DNA from: Anaerolineales bacterium
Lineage (GTDB): Bacteria; Chloroflexota; Anaerolineae; Anaerolineales; Villigracilaceae
Direction of reading: 5' to 3'
Assembly (NCBI GenBank): GCA_016789025.1
Contig: JAEURC010000013.1
Location: forward strand, 94 to 64,093
DNA: 64,000 nucleotides
This document shows, piece after piece, positions 8,771 through 17,907 of the stretch. A program made the translations under genes and the position numbers. Position 1 is the first letter of the stretch, and each line of letters starts with the position of its first letter. Under the pieces are notes generated by a model. The model was not told the origin of the DNA. It made no database searches and worked only from the letters and a program-made list of their open reading frames with translations.

Positions 8771-9754
8771 ATGATTACCTCCTCCAACCTCCTCCACCTC
8801 CCCTACACCCGCGACCTGACCGAGGCGGGGATTGCGTACGCGCTTCGTTCACTGCCAAACACTTTCAGCCGCGCAGGAAGTTCGTCGTATGACAAGTTGC
8901 GAAGGATCGTCGCAAGTGTGGCGGTGGAGTTGGCGTTTCGGCGGTATCTTTCAGAGCGGAACATTCCCTTCGATGTAAAAGGCGCGGCTCCGTTCACAAA
9001 TCCGAATCGGTACGATGTTTTGCTGGGCGGGCGAAGATGCGAAATTCAATCGTTCTTCATCTCGCGCCGCGAGCAAATTTCCGAGATGAAGCGCAACCCG
9101 CAGGTGATATTGAACGCGCCTGCGCTCGTCCCTTCTGACCAGAACGCGGCGGAGGGACATTCGAATAGCGACATTTATCTCTTCGCATTTTTGTCTGGGT
9201 TGGTCGCCGCATCGCAGGAGGATTTGAAGAAAGCCATCGGCGCGGGACAGCCTCATTATCTGGTTCATGTGATGCCTGATTCGTGGGCGCGTCCTACCAC
9301 ATGGAATCCGCTTGGAAAGTTGGTTGTCAAATCCGAGGCGGAGGATGAGACCAAACTCGAGTTGGGCGGGCAGGACGAAAGGCGAGAGACGCGTCTGCTT
9401 GAGGTGGAGATTCCGCCGCGCGGGCGAGTCGAGATCCCCAATGAATTCTGCTCGCTGGCGTATATCCGCAGTAAAACGCCGCCGAACGCGCGTATCGGGC
9501 TCCGAAAAATGAGCGGAAACGAAGCGCATGTGATCGGCGCGTTCGATTGGGGTAACATTTGGGTCTACGGCATGGACATTTTTCTGGCTGGCTATCTTTC
9601 GCGCGAAGAGTTTAACCGCCGCGCCACGCCCATCCCTGAGGGCGCGCGAGTGTTTCAGTATGAAAAGACGCGCGTCAAGAATCTCGCAGTGTCGGTGGTC
9701 GATCTGAAACCCGTCGCTGAATTATTTGAACGCATAAAGGAACATACAGTATGA
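8771..9754 (+). CDS. Hypothetical protein with PD-(D/E)xK-like motif (speculative)
   Basis: Long ORF with host-like composition whose stop overlaps the next start (ATGA). Motif ELAFRRYL...NRYDVLLGGRRCEIQSFF. No family recognised. Confidence 0.5.
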   Translation: MITSSNLLHLPYTRDLTEAGIAYALRSLPNTFSRAGSSSYDKLRRIVASVAVELAFRRYLSERNIPFDVKGAAPFTNPNRYDVLLGGRRCEIQSFFISRREQISEMKRNPQVILNAPALVPSDQNAAEGHSNSDIYLFAFLSGLVAASQEDLKKAIGAGQPHYLVHVMPDSWARPTTWNPLGKLVVKSEAEDETKLELGGQDERRETRLLEVEIPPRGRVEIPNEFCSLAYIRSKTPPNARIGLRKMSGNEAHVIGAFDWGNIWVYGMDIFLAGYLSREEFNRRATPIPEGARVFQYEKTRVKNLAVSVVDLKPVAELFERIKEHTV

Positions 9755-11142
9755 AATTAAGACGCATCGCTTTGGGGTTGCTTGTGTTATCCATGCTTTC
9801 GTGCAATTTCGTCACGCGGATGATCGTCCCCGCGACCGCCACGCCCGCGCCAACCGCGACGCCGATTGCAACCATCACCCCCTCGCCGAGCCCGCTGGCT
9901 CCATCGTATATTCCGCCGGAGTGTCAGGCCTCCGCGCCGTTCGCCACGATCCCGCCGGACCTTGCGTTGGCTCAGCCCACCATCACCTTCGAGCCAAACC
10001 CCGAAATTTCCAAAGATTTGCAAGTGGATGTGTTCGACGAACTCACTAAAAAAGTGGATGCGGTATACGTGTACCCCGATTTCAACGGCAAAGATTGGGC
10101 AGAGATCAAGTCGCGTTATCGCGCCAAGATCGAAGCGGGGTTGGATACCGAATCGTTCTACCTGGAAATGCAGGCGATGATCAACGAACTGGGCGATGAG
10201 CACTCGTTTTATCTTTCGCCTCTCGAAGTGGAAGCCTCCGAGGCGGAATTGCGCGGCGAGAACGACTATGTGGGCGTGGGTATTTTCTCCCTGCCCGACC
10301 CTGAGCGGCAGATCATCTCGATCATATCCACCTTCCCCAACTCGCCCGCTGAACACGCGGGAATTAAACCGCACGATAAAGTTATCGCTGTAGATGGCAT
10401 TCCCCTGCAATTCGATGTCGATGCCACGCGTCAAATTCGCGGACCAAAATGCTCGGCGGTGACGCTCACGGTGCAAACGCCGGGCGAGTCGCCGCGCGAT
10501 ATCATGTTGATCCGCGCGTCGATTCAGGGAAACCTGAACATCGTTTCGCGGCTTGTGCCCACCACCGACGGCTCGAAGATCGGCTACATTTTCATCCCCA
10601 CCTTTTTCGATGAAACGATTCCGCCGCAGATCAAAGACGCGCTGGAAGCGTTCGGCCCGCTGGATGGGTTGATCCTCGACGTGCGCTTGAACGGCGGCGG
10701 AAGCAGTTCGGTGGTAGACCCGATCTTTGAGCTGTTCGTAGACGGCGTGCTGGGGAAATTCGTCAGCCGCAACGATTCGCGCACGCTTCAGGTCAAAGCG
10801 GATCCGATCAACAACTCACAGACCGTGCCTATTGTCGTCATCGTGAGCGAGGATACGGTCAGCTATGGCGAGATCTTTACCGGGGTGTTGAAAGACCTCG
10901 GTCGCGCCAAAGTTGTCGGGCAGACCAGCCTCGGCAACGTGGAAGTGTTGCACGGCTATGATTTCGACGACAACTCACAGGTGTGGATCGCCTCTGAAAC
11001 GTTTTACTCCGCCACTTCTGAAACTAATTTCGAACAATCGGGAATCATCCCAGATGTGGAAGCCTTCGCCGAATGGGATTCGATCACCTTCGAAACCGAT
11101 CCCTCGGTGAAAGCGGCGGTTGAGTTGTTGGGACATAAGTAA
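9751..11142 (+). CDS. S41 family C-terminal processing peptidase, lipoprotein
   Basis: Lipobox LVLSMLSC, PDZ-like GIKPHDKVIAVDGIPL, and an S41 block LILDVRLNGGGSS. Confidence 0.8.
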   Translation: MKLRRIALGLLVLSMLSCNFVTRMIVPATATPAPTATPIATITPSPSPLAPSYIPPECQASAPFATIPPDLALAQPTITFEPNPEISKDLQVDVFDELTKKVDAVYVYPDFNGKDWAEIKSRYRAKIEAGLDTESFYLEMQAMINELGDEHSFYLSPLEVEASEAELRGENDYVGVGIFSLPDPERQIISIISTFPNSPAEHAGIKPHDKVIAVDGIPLQFDVDATRQIRGPKCSAVTLTVQTPGESPRDIMLIRASIQGNLNIVSRLVPTTDGSKIGYIFIPTFFDETIPPQIKDALEAFGPLDGLILDVRLNGGGSSSVVDPIFELFVDGVLGKFVSRNDSRTLQVKADPINNSQTVPIVVIVSEDTVSYGEIFTGVLKDLGRAKVVGQTSLGNVEVLHGYDFDDNSQVWIASETFYSATSETNFEQSGIIPDVEAFAEWDSITFETDPSVKAAVELLGHK

Positions 11143-11146
11143 AGGC

Positions 11147-11205
11147 ATCCGCAGATTTCACAGATTTCTTTCTTTCAATCAGCGTAATCTGTAAAATCTG
11201 CGGAT
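11147..11205. repeat. Palindromic element related to family-A core (possible terminator)
   Basis: ATCCGCAGATTT ... AAATCTGCGGAT 12-bp inverted repeat with nested ACAGATT/AATCTGT, starting 5 nt after the peptidase stop. Confidence 0.55.
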
Positions 11206-11242
11206 TAAATTCGACTCATCCGCCTCTGGTACACTTTTTCGC

Positions 11243-12493
11243 ATGACAAAAAGAAATATTATCTTGAGCGTTGCGGGGTTCATTATGCTCGCCATCTTGC
11301 TCTATCAGATCCCCGCGATCAACAGTCGTTTATCGTGGCGGTTTGAAGTTGCGCGAACCTACGTCAAAAACGTCATCAACCCCGTAGGTAATGTGCCAAC
11401 GGCGATTCCGCAACCGACAATGCCCGTCACACCGACAATTGCTATTCAATCAACAGTAACGACTGCAGTCGTTACTACAACAATCCCTACAACAATTCCT
11501 ACAACGATTCCGCCCACGCTTGCTCCGCCTCCCGCGCAGGCATTGCTCAATTCCCCTCCGTATGAAAAACAAACCGCCAACAATTGCGGTCCCGCCGCGC
11601 TTTCGATGATGCTTCACATGTTCGGCTGGAGCGGTTCGCAAAAAGATATTTCAGAAGTGATCAAACCCGTCAACGGAGATCGCAACGTCAACCCCGAAGA
11701 GATGGCGTTCTGGGTTCGCAATTACGCGGGCTGGCTCCGCATCGAATACCGCGTGGGCGGCGACCTCGAAACGCTCAAACGACTCCTCGCCGCGGCGTAT
11801 CCCGTCATCGTTGAATCGACCACCGCGCTCAACCGCGAAGACTCGGGCTGGGCAGACGACGATCTCTGGGCGGCGCACTATCTATTGCTCACCGGCTACG
11901 ACGATGCCACGCAAACCTTCACCGCGCAGGATACCTATCGCGGACCCGACAAAAAAATTTCCTATACCCAACTCGAATCGGAATGGAAGCCGTTCAATTA
12001 TTTATACATGATCGTTTACCTGCCAGAACAGGAAGAGGAGATCAAGACGATCCTCGGCTCCAACTGGGACCCAGACCTGAATCGCCAGCGGACGCTGGAA
12101 CTCGCCCAAGCCGCCACGGCCGCGGATCCCTCCGACGCGTTCGCGTGGTTCAACGTGGGAAGCAACCTCGTCTACTTCGAGAGCTACGATGACGCCAACG
12201 CCGCATACGACAAATCGCGCGAACTCGGCCTGCCCCAGCGGATGTTCCGCTATCAATTCGGTCCGTTCCTTGCCAACTTCCACGCGAATAGAAACAACGA
12301 CCTGCTCGCGCTGACGGAGTACGCGCTTCAACGCACCGAAATGTCTGAAGAGACCTGGCTATGGCGCGGTTGGGCGCTCTATCGCGATGGCGACCTCAAC
12401 GGCGCGATCAAAGCATGGCGCAAAGCGTTGTCGGTTCGCCCTGGTTACGAAGACGCGTTGTACGCGTTGAATTTCGTCGGCTCGACGCCGTAA
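11243..12493 (+). CDS. C39-like cysteine peptidase domain protein with C-terminal TPR-like region, membrane anchored
   Basis: N-terminal TM. NNCGPAALSMMLHMFGW (Cys) and AAHYLLLTGYDD (His) blocks. Helical repeats at the C-terminus. Confidence 0.65.
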   Translation: MTKRNIILSVAGFIMLAILLYQIPAINSRLSWRFEVARTYVKNVINPVGNVPTAIPQPTMPVTPTIAIQSTVTTAVVTTTIPTTIPTTIPPTLAPPPAQALLNSPPYEKQTANNCGPAALSMMLHMFGWSGSQKDISEVIKPVNGDRNVNPEEMAFWVRNYAGWLRIEYRVGGDLETLKRLLAAAYPVIVESTTALNREDSGWADDDLWAAHYLLLTGYDDATQTFTAQDTYRGPDKKISYTQLESEWKPFNYLYMIVYLPEQEEEIKTILGSNWDPDLNRQRTLELAQAATAADPSDAFAWFNVGSNLVYFESYDDANAAYDKSRELGLPQRMFRYQFGPFLANFHANRNNDLLALTEYALQRTEMSEETWLWRGWALYRDGDLNGAIKAWRKALSVRPGYEDALYALNFVGSTP

Positions 12494-12578
12494 TGCAAAC
12501 TTCAGTTTGTATGAATCATAAAACTACGCCTTGCGAAACTATGGCGCAAAATAAATTTTGCGTTACGGAAAGCGCCTC

Positions 12579-13523
12579 ATGAAAAAAATTTTCCCAATAC
12601 TCATTGTCCTCCTCGCCGCCTGCGCAAGCGCAACAGCGAGCCCTACCGTTGCGCAGACGCCGCTTCCATCAGCAACCACCGCGCCGACCTTCACTCCCGT
12701 CCCTGCGATAACGGCTGAGGCGACTGCGCCCAGCCCCACGTCCACGCTTGAAGCGCAGACTTTCCGCATCTCATCCATTGACGGGATGCCGCAAGTCTAC
12801 ATCCCCAACGGCGTCCTTCACATGGGCGGATACGATGTTCGCGCCGCGCCGGATGAATTCCCCGCGCACAATGTGACTCTCGACGCATATTGGATGGACC
12901 AGCTCGAAGTGACGAATGCGATGTATGCGTTGTGCGTGAGCGCGGGCGCGTGTGGCTTTCCGCAGAATCTCGGCACAGCGAGAATCGCCGACTATTTTGG
13001 CAATTCTGAATTCAAAGATTATCCTGTGGTCTACGTCACATGGGGACAGGCAAAAACGTATTGCGAATGGGCAAACCGCAGGCTACCCACCGAAGCCGAA
13101 TGGGAACGCGCCGCGCGCGGCGACGATCTGCGAACATTTCCATGGGGTGAAGACAAACCCGATTGGCGCTTCGCCAACTTCAACATGCTCGTGACGGATA
13201 CTTCGCGTGTGGGAAGTTACGCAATGGGAGCGAGCCCGTTTGGCGTGTTGGATATGGCGGGCAATGTCGCCGAGTGGACGAACGATTTTTACGATTTCGA
13301 TTATTACCTGACGTCGCCGTTGCAAAATCCATTCGGGCCCGAATCGAGCTCGAGTCTAAATCGCGTGGTGCGCGGCGGAAGTTTGGGCGACGCGGAGATC
13401 AACATCCGTTTATCGAAGCGTTCGTCGGTGAGAGGGTCGAATTTGAGCGCCGCGCCGGGGTCGGAATCCTATCTTGGCGATTTTTCCCCCCGCATTGGGT
13501 TTCGCTGTGCGGAAGATGAGTAG
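12579..13523 (+). CDS. Formylglycine-generating enzyme (SUMF1/FGE) family lipoprotein
   Basis: MKKIFPILIVLLAAC lipobox at ATG 12579 (track start 12558 is TTG). Blocks YPVVYVTWGQAKTYCEWANRRLPTEAEWERAARG, GNVAEWTNDFY and RVVRGGS. Confidence 0.8.
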   Translation: MKKIFPILIVLLAACASATASPTVAQTPLPSATTAPTFTPVPAITAEATAPSPTSTLEAQTFRISSIDGMPQVYIPNGVLHMGGYDVRAAPDEFPAHNVTLDAYWMDQLEVTNAMYALCVSAGACGFPQNLGTARIADYFGNSEFKDYPVVYVTWGQAKTYCEWANRRLPTEAEWERAARGDDLRTFPWGEDKPDWRFANFNMLVTDTSRVGSYAMGASPFGVLDMAGNVAEWTNDFYDFDYYLTSPLQNPFGPESSSSLNRVVRGGSLGDAEINIRLSKRSSVRGSNLSAAPGSESYLGDFSPRIGFRCAEDE

Positions 13524-13544
13524 CTGATGGTACGCAGTTTGTAT

Positions 13545-14237
13545 TTATCTTGTCTGCGGCGGTAATTTATTCCCCTCGCCCAACTTTGTCACTTCCACCC
13601 ATAACGCGCCCGCCAGTTCATACCCGATCAAATGATTGTTCGGCTTGATCTGCAAATTGAGCGGACCTTTGAACGGCGCGCAACTGAACAGATGAAAGGT
13701 CACGCTGGGCACCAGCCCCAAATCTGCAAAGTAGCGGAGTTTATCGCCATCGTGAGTGCGCACGCGGGAGATGACACAATCCGACCCGGAAGGAACCTCC
13801 AACAAATTGACATCTTTTACCAGCGGCATTACGCCGTCTTTCGACGGTATCGGTTCGCCATGCGGACAGCGCGTGGGATGTTCGGTAATTTCATCGATAC
13901 GATCCTCGACCTGGTCGTTGACTCCCAACGCGAACGAATCTGAAATCTCGTGCGCTTCGTCCCAGCCATATTTCATCACTTTCACAAGGAACACTTCCAC
14001 CAGCCGGTGACGACGCAAGGACGGCATGGCGATCTTTTCCCCTTTGGTTGTAAGCCGCACGCCGCGATATTTTTCGTGATCGAGATATTGCAACTTCTTC
14101 ATCCGCGCGACCATACGCGCTGTGGCTTGCGCGGAGGAATTTGCATGTTCTGAAAGTTCGGTCAACGCGACAAATTGCGCATCCTGCTGTAACCTATAAA
14201 TTTCTGCCGCGTATCTCTGCATTGCGGGTGTAGACAT
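13545..14237 (-). CDS. DtxR/MntR family metal-dependent transcriptional regulator with C-terminal FeoA-like domain
   Basis: N-terminal wHTH (YAAEIYRLQQD...TELSEHANSSAQATARMVARM), helical HRLVEVFL, metal-site CPHGEPIP. ATG 14237 has GGAG upstream, whereas the track start 14273 is TTG. Confidence 0.75.
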   Translation of the reverse strand: MSTPAMQRYAAEIYRLQQDAQFVALTELSEHANSSAQATARMVARMKKLQYLDHEKYRGVRLTTKGEKIAMPSLRRHRLVEVFLVKVMKYGWDEAHEISDSFALGVNDQVEDRIDEITEHPTRCPHGEPIPSKDGVMPLVKDVNLLEVPSGSDCVISRVRTHDGDKLRYFADLGLVPSVTFHLFSCAPFKGPLNLQIKPNNHLIGYELAGALWVEVTKLGEGNKLPPQTR

Positions 14238-14520
14238 CAAAACTTCTCCAAACAAACGAGGATTTATCTTCAAGAGACAAACTTCACCCTAGGTGAAACA
14301 GGATATCCCAGCGGGCAGATTATAACATCGGCATTCGGACAACTTAAATCGCATTTAGGAGATTCAAATCCAATGCTTTCCGCCTGTCTATTTTCCCTGT
14401 GCGCAGGATGTGAAGCCGCGGTTCTCTCCAAGGTGATGGCTGATTCGCCAGCGTAGACTCTTTTCCCACCTTGAAACAGGCTCTCCGTCGGAATGACGCG
14501 GAGCCTGTTTTGTTCTCGCA

Positions 14521-14555
14521 CATGTCATGCTGAGGAGCAACGAAGCATCTTCCCC
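14521..14555. repeat. Half copy of family-B element (B2)
   Basis: CATGTCATGCTGAGGAGCAACGAAGCATC matches one arm of the B elements. Confidence 0.5.
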
Positions 14556-14568
14556 ACATCTAAAGAAC

Positions 14569-14601
14569 GAACCTTGCGAAGGTTGAGAACCTTCGCAAGG
14601 T
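14569..14601. terminator. Perfect 15-bp stem hairpin abutting the DUF1501 stop
   Basis: AACCTTGCGAAGGTT GAG AACCTTCGCAAGGTT, with a T-run on the + side overlapping the stop codon. Confidence 0.5.
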
Positions 14602-14602
14602 T

Positions 14603-15829
14603 TTATTCTCTAAAAATCCCCATCTCACCCGTCGGCACATATCCAGGGAACACAGACGCGACATCCGCATTGCCCAAGCGGTGAGCAAGCATCTCGCTCA
14701 ACACCTGACGATAATCGGTTGTGATGGCGAGATCGGCGTGATCGTAGAGTTGGTCGTTGTGCAAGCCGGGCCACGCGCCGTAGACCTGCCCGCCGTTGAC
14801 TCCGCCGCCAAGCGCGAACATCACGTTGCCGTGACCGTGATCGGTGCCATAGGATTCGTTCTGCACGAGGCGGCGACCAAACTCGCTGATGACAACGACG
14901 GACAATTTGTTAGTGTAGCCCGAATCGAGATCGAGATAAAAGTTGGACAGTCCGCTGGCGAGGTTGCCGAGCAGTTCCGCGATGTAGCCGCCGTCGCCAT
15001 CGTTCTCGTATTCGTGCGTATCCCAGCCGCCATAATCCACGGTGGCGACGCGCAAACCCGTTTCAAGTTTGATCATGCGCGCAACGGTTTTGAGTTGTTG
15101 ACTCAATTCGTCATCGTTATACGATGCGCCGTTCGAGGGTTGATACTCGCCCTCCACAAGCGGGCTGACGATGCCGAGCGAATCGAGCGTGCGGATGCCC
15201 GCGCGGTGTAAAAGAGTCTCGCCGTTGTACATCTGCCGCAGGGCGGTCTGTTGCGACGCGGCGAGTCCGTTATCCCATTGCGAAAATTCGGAGGGGTCGT
15301 TGAGATTCACAGTGGGGACAAAATTCAACAGCGACGAAGGCGCGCCCGACGTGGACAGCGCGGGCAAAATAGACGACACGCCTTGCGTTTGCAAATGGCG
15401 CGTGATCCATCCCGATGTGGTGCTTTTCTGCCCAGGCGTACCAAGCTCGATATATTCCATCGCGTCGAAGTGACTGCGCGTGTCGTAGTTGAGTCCCACC
15501 GCATGGACGACCGCCATCTTGCCTTGCTGGTAGAGTCCGTGCAGTGGCGCGAGCGCGGGATGCAAACCGAACTGGTCGTTCAACGGCAGTAGGTTGGATA
15601 TTTTGATGTTAGGTCGCGCGAGTTCGTAATAGCCGCGATCGTCGCCAGCCATCGGCGGGACCACGTTGAGCGCGTCCCAGCCGCCGCGCAAAAAAACAAC
15701 GACGAGCGTGTCGGCTGAAGAATTATCCTGACGGAACGCGACGTTGGTTAATCTCGCGCCCGCCAGTTCGGCGATGGCGGCGGAACATCCTTGCAGGAAG
15801 TTTCGACGTGTAAATTTTTGTGTGGGCAT
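14603..15829 (-). CDS. DUF1501 domain protein with twin-arginine signal
   Basis: MPTQKFTRRNFLQGCSAAIA Tat-like signal at ATG 15829. YGGWDTHE and SEFGRR blocks. Confidence 0.8.
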   Translation of the reverse strand: MPTQKFTRRNFLQGCSAAIAELAGARLTNVAFRQDNSSADTLVVVFLRGGWDALNVVPPMAGDDRGYYELARPNIKISNLLPLNDQFGLHPALAPLHGLYQQGKMAVVHAVGLNYDTRSHFDAMEYIELGTPGQKSTTSGWITRHLQTQGVSSILPALSTSGAPSSLLNFVPTVNLNDPSEFSQWDNGLAASQQTALRQMYNGETLLHRAGIRTLDSLGIVSPLVEGEYQPSNGASYNDDELSQQLKTVARMIKLETGLRVATVDYGGWDTHEYENDGDGGYIAELLGNLASGLSNFYLDLDSGYTNKLSVVVISEFGRRLVQNESYGTDHGHGNVMFALGGGVNGGQVYGAWPGLHNDQLYDHADLAITTDYRQVLSEMLAHRLGNADVASVFPGYVPTGEMGIFRE

Positions 15830-15850
15830 AATTATCCTTATGTGTCCGTT

Positions 15851-15980
15851 GGTTGAGTAGGCGGCGCTCGTCCGCCGTATCGAAACCAACATGCAATTAA
15901 GATTACTTTTGCAATAAAATGTTTTTTGCTTACTGGTGGTTTCGATACGTCCCGCGAAGTGCACGCGGGACTACTCAACC
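15851..15980. repeat. Family-J structured palindromic element (130 bp)
   Basis: Nested inverted repeats GGTTGAGTAG/CTACTCAACC and GTATCGAAACC/GGTTTCGATAC, plus local hairpin TCCCGCG AAGTGCA CGCGGGA. Confidence 0.8.
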
Positions 15981-15990
15981 ACCATGTTAT

Positions 15991-17706
15991 TTATTTCCAT
16001 TGAAAATCGGGGCTCATCAGAATCACTTCGACCATGGCGGGTAAAACATAATCAATGTGATCCTGCGGAAGTTCTTCCTGCGTTCCATACTCCTGCGCCA
16101 TCACCGCGATGACTGCTTGACGATCTGAATCAGACATGGGGCGATTCAAAATGCGCGGGATCCAAAAGTCCGCGAGCGATTCGGCGGTGCGGAGTTCGGC
16201 TGGGGTCTGCGCGACGATGTCCGTGCGGATGATGCGTTGCTGTTCCTCGTCGTCCATCCAGTTTTCAGTGATACCGACCGCGAAATTCCAGCGATACAAC
16301 AGAGACATTGTGTTCGCCCACGCCTCTTTCACATCGGGGTAGCCGTCGGGCGGACGCCGCTCGAACATGGCTTGTCCCATCATCGAACACATCCATGGGA
16401 TTCCGCCGGGGAGCTTGGTGAAGTCCGTGTTGACGGCGCGCATCATCGAGATGGCGGCTTCGATGGGACGTTTGATCTTCGCTCCCCACGTCTGTTTGAA
16501 TTCAGGCGACAGCAGGATCGTCTCGACCACGCGCTTGAGTTGATCGGGCGCGGACGCGTTCGCCATAAAAATGGACGCGGCGGCTTCCACGATTGAATCA
16601 GGCGGATTGTCCGAGATGAAGCGGCGAGCGAGTTTACGCGAGATGAATCGCGCGGTGCCGGGATGATATGCGAGCAAGTCCAGCACATCGCGTCCGTCTT
16701 TCATATCTTCTTGATCGGCGGGGATATATTTTCCGAGGATCAATTTGTTGAAGCGGTCATGCCAGGGTTTGTAATACAGAAAGTGACCCGTCTTTTCGAC
16801 GCCGTCTTCGTACTCGTAGATGTCGTCGTCCACGCGCCAACCAGTGAGTGCGCGCGCAGATTCGTAGACATCGTTGTCCACGTACCCGATGGCGATGCCG
16901 TTCGCATCTTTTACAATGGAGTTCGGGTCTTGCACGCCAAAATAATTTTCCGCGCCGAGCGTGTGCAGTTCGAATAATTCGCGCGCAAAATTTTCGTTCG
17001 GTCCCGCGTCCGATGAATTATTTTGATTCAAGTAATACAACATCGAAGGATGCGTCGCCACCGCTTCAAGCATTTGCCTGAAATTGCCGAGCATGTGCGC
17101 GCGCAGCACATCGCGGTTGTACGAAGCGAGCATTGGCACGCCGTCGTCCTGCCAGAAATAGACGTTGAAATGATTGTGCCAAAAATCGGCGAGCACTTCA
17201 ACGAGTTGTTTCTTGCTATACACCGCGCGCAAAAAAGTCGCGTCCACCAATTCGTACGCGGGCTTGCTATACCATTCCCAATACGCGTCGTCGTTCGAGT
17301 TATATGGATTGCTGGCGATGTGATCGAAATACAACTCGTCCTGCGTTTTGTGCAGAGTCTCGAATCCCGCCGCCGCGTAACGAGTTTCGAAATCGCTGTC
17401 GTCAATCGAATCGGGATTCAATTGTTGCGCTACATAATTTCGTAAGCGCTCATCGTCCGTCGCGCCCAGCGCGTTGAATGCATCGAAGTCGTCGAGACGC
17501 GCTCCGTATGCCATGCGATTCAATGCGATGATTCCCAACGCGACAGGAGGCAGCGCAGGCTCAGGCGGCACGCCCGTCGGATTGATCGGCGGCTCGACCA
17601 CGCGCGTCGGGTCCGGACCTGGGATCTGCTCCGGCGCGCAAGCCGTCACCACCGCCGACGCTCCCGCGAAGGCGCCCATCAGTTTCAGAAAATCGCGGCG
17701 GTTCAT
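15991..17706 (-). CDS. DUF1800 domain protein with twin-arginine signal
   Basis: MNRRDFLKLMGAFAGASAVVTAC at ATG 17706, and a FWHNHFNV block. Confidence 0.8.
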   Translation of the reverse strand: MNRRDFLKLMGAFAGASAVVTACAPEQIPGPDPTRVVEPPINPTGVPPEPALPPVALGIIALNRMAYGARLDDFDAFNALGATDDERLRNYVAQQLNPDSIDDSDFETRYAAAGFETLHKTQDELYFDHIASNPYNSNDDAYWEWYSKPAYELVDATFLRAVYSKKQLVEVLADFWHNHFNVYFWQDDGVPMLASYNRDVLRAHMLGNFRQMLEAVATHPSMLYYLNQNNSSDAGPNENFARELFELHTLGAENYFGVQDPNSIVKDANGIAIGYVDNDVYESARALTGWRVDDDIYEYEDGVEKTGHFLYYKPWHDRFNKLILGKYIPADQEDMKDGRDVLDLLAYHPGTARFISRKLARRFISDNPPDSIVEAAASIFMANASAPDQLKRVVETILLSPEFKQTWGAKIKRPIEAAISMMRAVNTDFTKLPGGIPWMCSMMGQAMFERRPPDGYPDVKEAWANTMSLLYRWNFAVGITENWMDDEEQQRIIRTDIVAQTPAELRTAESLADFWIPRILNRPMSDSDRQAVIAVMAQEYGTQEELPQDHIDYVLPAMVEVILMSPDFQWK

Positions 17707-17813
17707 TTTAGATTTTTGTTGAAGCATGTACACATCTCCTGATTGAAATGATGCGGAAGTTTATCAAACCAATTTCCACCCTTGAAATCACCCGTTGGTT
17801 TAGAAAACCTCTT

Positions 17814-17905
17814 CGTCATTGCGAGGAGGGCTTCGCCCGACGAAGCAATCCCCATGAACGTGAGGGAGATTGCTTCGACCCCTTCGGGGTCTCGCAATGA
17901 CGGAG
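17814..17905. repeat. Family-B-like palindromic element (B3 subfamily)
   Basis: CGTCATTGCGAGG ... CTCGCAATGACGG inverted termini with internal CTTCGCCCGACGAAG-type arms. Confidence 0.7.
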
Positions 17906-17907
17906 GT

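Noticed and set aside
9787-10476. 229-aa minus-strand ORF and several 60-100 aa ORFs inside 9751..11142
   Set aside because: They are antisense or out of frame to the S41 peptidase gene. The translations are Arg/Gly-rich.
14274-14520. ORFs 14270..14521 and 14344..14559 (minus) in the DtxR-DUF1501 spacer
   Set aside because: The region is made of repeat-family fragments and hairpins. The ORFs have no RBS and low-complexity products.
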